From contig NC_090378.1 in NCBI RefSeq assembly GCF_036365525.1, forward strand, positions 69,297,430 through 69,361,429: a stretch of DNA of 64,000 nucleotides, in the 5' to 3' direction. Position 1 is the first letter of the stretch. Every line of letters begins with the position of its first letter. Under the pieces are notes generated by a model. It was not told where the DNA came from and made no database searches. It was given only the letters and a program-made list of their open reading frames with translations. This document shows, piece after piece, positions 61,526 to 64,000 of this stretch. Made by a program: the position numbers and the translations under genes. Source of the stretch: Heterodontus francisci (Eukaryota).

Positions 61526-62381
61526 AGGCACGCCTGTCCCCCTCTGGTTAGCTCCTGCTGCCAACATTTGTGTGCAAGAGAGGGGGAGTGTGTCAGTGAA
61601 TGTGGTGCAATATGTTTGGGTGATGTGGCTGTCATGTTTGAATAGCTGGCAATGTGTGCAAACTGTGAGATGTGCGTGTGAGGCTTGTAGCAGTGTTAAG
61701 TGTGTGAGGATGAGGTGAAGCTATAAACGTTAGGCACGATTCCTGATTGATAGAGATTGTTGGTAGGTGAGCGATGGGGTGTGGTGAATTGTGGTTAAGG
61801 CTAGTGGTGCAGTTGGCTGGATTATGGCATTTGAAAATGCATTCACTGACTTTGACCACTTGTGAGGTCATTAAGCTTCTCATGGTACTGCAACCAGGTC
61901 CTCAGGGCTTGACTCCTGGCATTGACCTCCACAGTTATCTGCTCCCATTGTCTTTTGACTGTGTGTCTGCAGGGCCTCTTGCCCCTTTGCGGATAGAGGG
62001 CATCTTTCCTCCTCTCCACCAATATCCCCAATGCATGTTTGAAATCCTTGTGGCCTGCTTTCTCATATTTAGCCATTCCTTACCATTTCCCAGTTCAGAT
62101 TTACTTCCTGCACGACTCCCAGTGCCTGCTCCAGCCACAATGCACTTCCCCTTTTAAGAGGTGTAGGCTAGCTTTATCTGGTGCTGGGAAGTTAGTTTCT
62201 GGCCCCCTGCTGATGCTTGTGGCCAATCAACAGACGGTTAGCACTGGCTGCATACAGAAATCATTATAATGAGCTGGCAGCATGATGTTGGTGTGTTGCC
62301 TGCATTTCAATCAACAGGTGCTGGTTAATCACACATGGTGATTCCTGTGCCTTTTTTTGGGGTCTATCCAATTTAGTTCCC
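61525..62381 (-). mobile_element. Harbinger arm with Myb/SANT exon 1, intron and start of exon 2
   Basis: DFKHALGILVERRKDALYPQ...KRQWEQITVEVNA...RTWLQYHEKLNDL, then the gtcagt donor. TIR atccaatttagttcc. Paralogous to 29370-30933. Confidence 0.75.
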
Positions 62382-62700
62382 AATTAATTTGAAGGTTCTG
62401 TGTGCATCAATCAGGTCAACAATCAGAATAAGATATGCAATAGCAAGTACACAGAAGAGTAATTTTTTTGGAGACCCCTGGCAAAAAAAGCCCCTCAACT
62501 ATTGTTTTCAAAAAATGCTACAAGGGACTGCTTTTTCTCTCCTATTCACCACAAAAATGCTCTGTTCCTAGGTGCAAAGTAGAAGAAAAAGGGATGGAGA
62601 CCTGTACCACCACTGACCTGCATAAGGGCACACAGAGGAGGAGAAATTTGTTCATTTCTAGCGGTGCTACGCAGACGTACATAGATTCACCTGGGTAGGT

Positions 62701-63825
62701 AGCATGGCATTGAGTCAGGGAAAAAAATGTGTTCATCATTTCAGAAAATCTGACCTGAAAACTATCTTCCACGAAATAAAAAGGATGAACAGAGTGGTGG
62801 ATAGCCAGAAAAATCATCAAAAAGTTCAATTGTACCATAAGGAGTGAGATGGTGTTGGCACTGTGCCAACCCTCTCACTCCCCAGGATTGCAGACAAGTG
62901 CTGGCTAGTGTTTCATAGTCAACAAAAGGAATTTATTCCCTAATGCTCCTCCACAACAGCATGATCTTCCTCCTCCTGTGCCCTCTGTTGGTATGGTGAA
63001 CTGGCAGTGAAGGAGTGTACAAAGGAAGAATGGGTGAGCATTAGCTAATTGGGATTGAGGAGGAGAAGGGGGTGGAGTTTGTGGCTGTGAGACTCTACAC
63101 ACGGGTGCCACAGTGACAGTGTAAGTGTTCAGTCACTAACCTGGTACTTACAATATGCCATTTACCTCACCATCTCCTACAGTAAGAGCACAGTGCCTTC
63201 CCATGCCTAATCCCCATAGGGCATGAGATGTTTCACATTGGGTATATCCCTCCTATAGCCTGCCACTCAATGCATTTTGCAACATTTTCTCTGCAAAAAG
63301 ATTCAGTAAATTAAGTGAGGATTAGCAGTTAAGGAATGTGCAGCTCACGTTATAGGAGAGCTGAAATAAGAGCTCAGGTGATATCACCCTATTAAACTGA
63401 AGCAGGGTGGTGCATGCATATAATTGCTATGAGGGAAGATAGGGAGCCATACTGTAAGTTCCCAAAATACAGAACCCTTAATCAGAGTGCATTATGATAG
63501 GTCAGTTATCACATGCATTTTTAGAGGGTGAAGAGTATGGTGGTGCCCAGGTTGCATGAGGAAGAGGAGACAGTGGAAGGTGTGTTATCTATGCTGCCCT
63601 GTCCACAACGCTGAACTTTCACCAGCACTAGTCTGCAATCCTGGTGGTGAGCAAGTTGGCACAGTACTAACATCATCTCTCTCCACATGGCACAATTGAA
63701 CCTTTTGGAAGTTTTCCTGGATATCCAACGCTCTGTTCATCCTCTGCTTTATTTCACAGAGGAGAGTTTTCAGGTTGGATTCTACGAAATGATGGCACTT
63801 TTTTCCCCTGCTTCAATGCCATGCT
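62701..63825. repeat. Diverged inverted repeat (arms about 62701-62905 and 63620-63825), each a Myb/SANT-like ORF remnant
   Basis: Plus arm agcatggcattgagtcaggg...cctgaaaact...aggatgaacagag...ccaggattgcagac..gtgctgg is mirrored on the minus strand from 63825. Confidence 0.75.
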
Positions 63826-64000
63826 CTTTTCCTTGTTAACCTGTCTCTTCTAAGTTAGGCATTCTTGTAAAGTGGCACAATAACTGTCATGAGACATGCA
63901 GTTAAGCTACCTGACAATCGACTGAGCTAGCGACTATTCTGCTGCAATCTTCAGCAGAAATGCATTTTTAAAGACCGCAATCTAATTTTGAAGCATTACT

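Overview
Eukaryotic, repeat-dense non-coding DNA, almost certainly from a cartilaginous fish (shark): it carries HE1-type V-SINEs, a SacSINE1-like DeuSINE and HER1/CR1 LINEs. I cannot support any intact host protein-coding gene. The window is a nested mosaic of decayed mobile elements: CR1, L2 and RTE LINEs, three SINE families, a Penelope-like element, two Gypsy proviruses, solo LTRs, a hAT MITE and many PIF/Harbinger elements. Main points of interest: (1) minimal type-I hammerhead ribozyme motifs in three Penelope terminal repeats, with a compensatory base change between copies; (2) a two-gene Harbinger system (DDE transposase plus an intron-containing Myb/SANT gene) whose GC-rich, hairpin-bearing MITEs repeatedly sit inside Harbinger Myb genes; (3) a convergent inverted pair of Myb-like ORFs; (4) an internally deleted Gmr1-like SCAN-gag LTR element. 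All calls are by eye, without database searches. Boundaries without a TSD are approximate.
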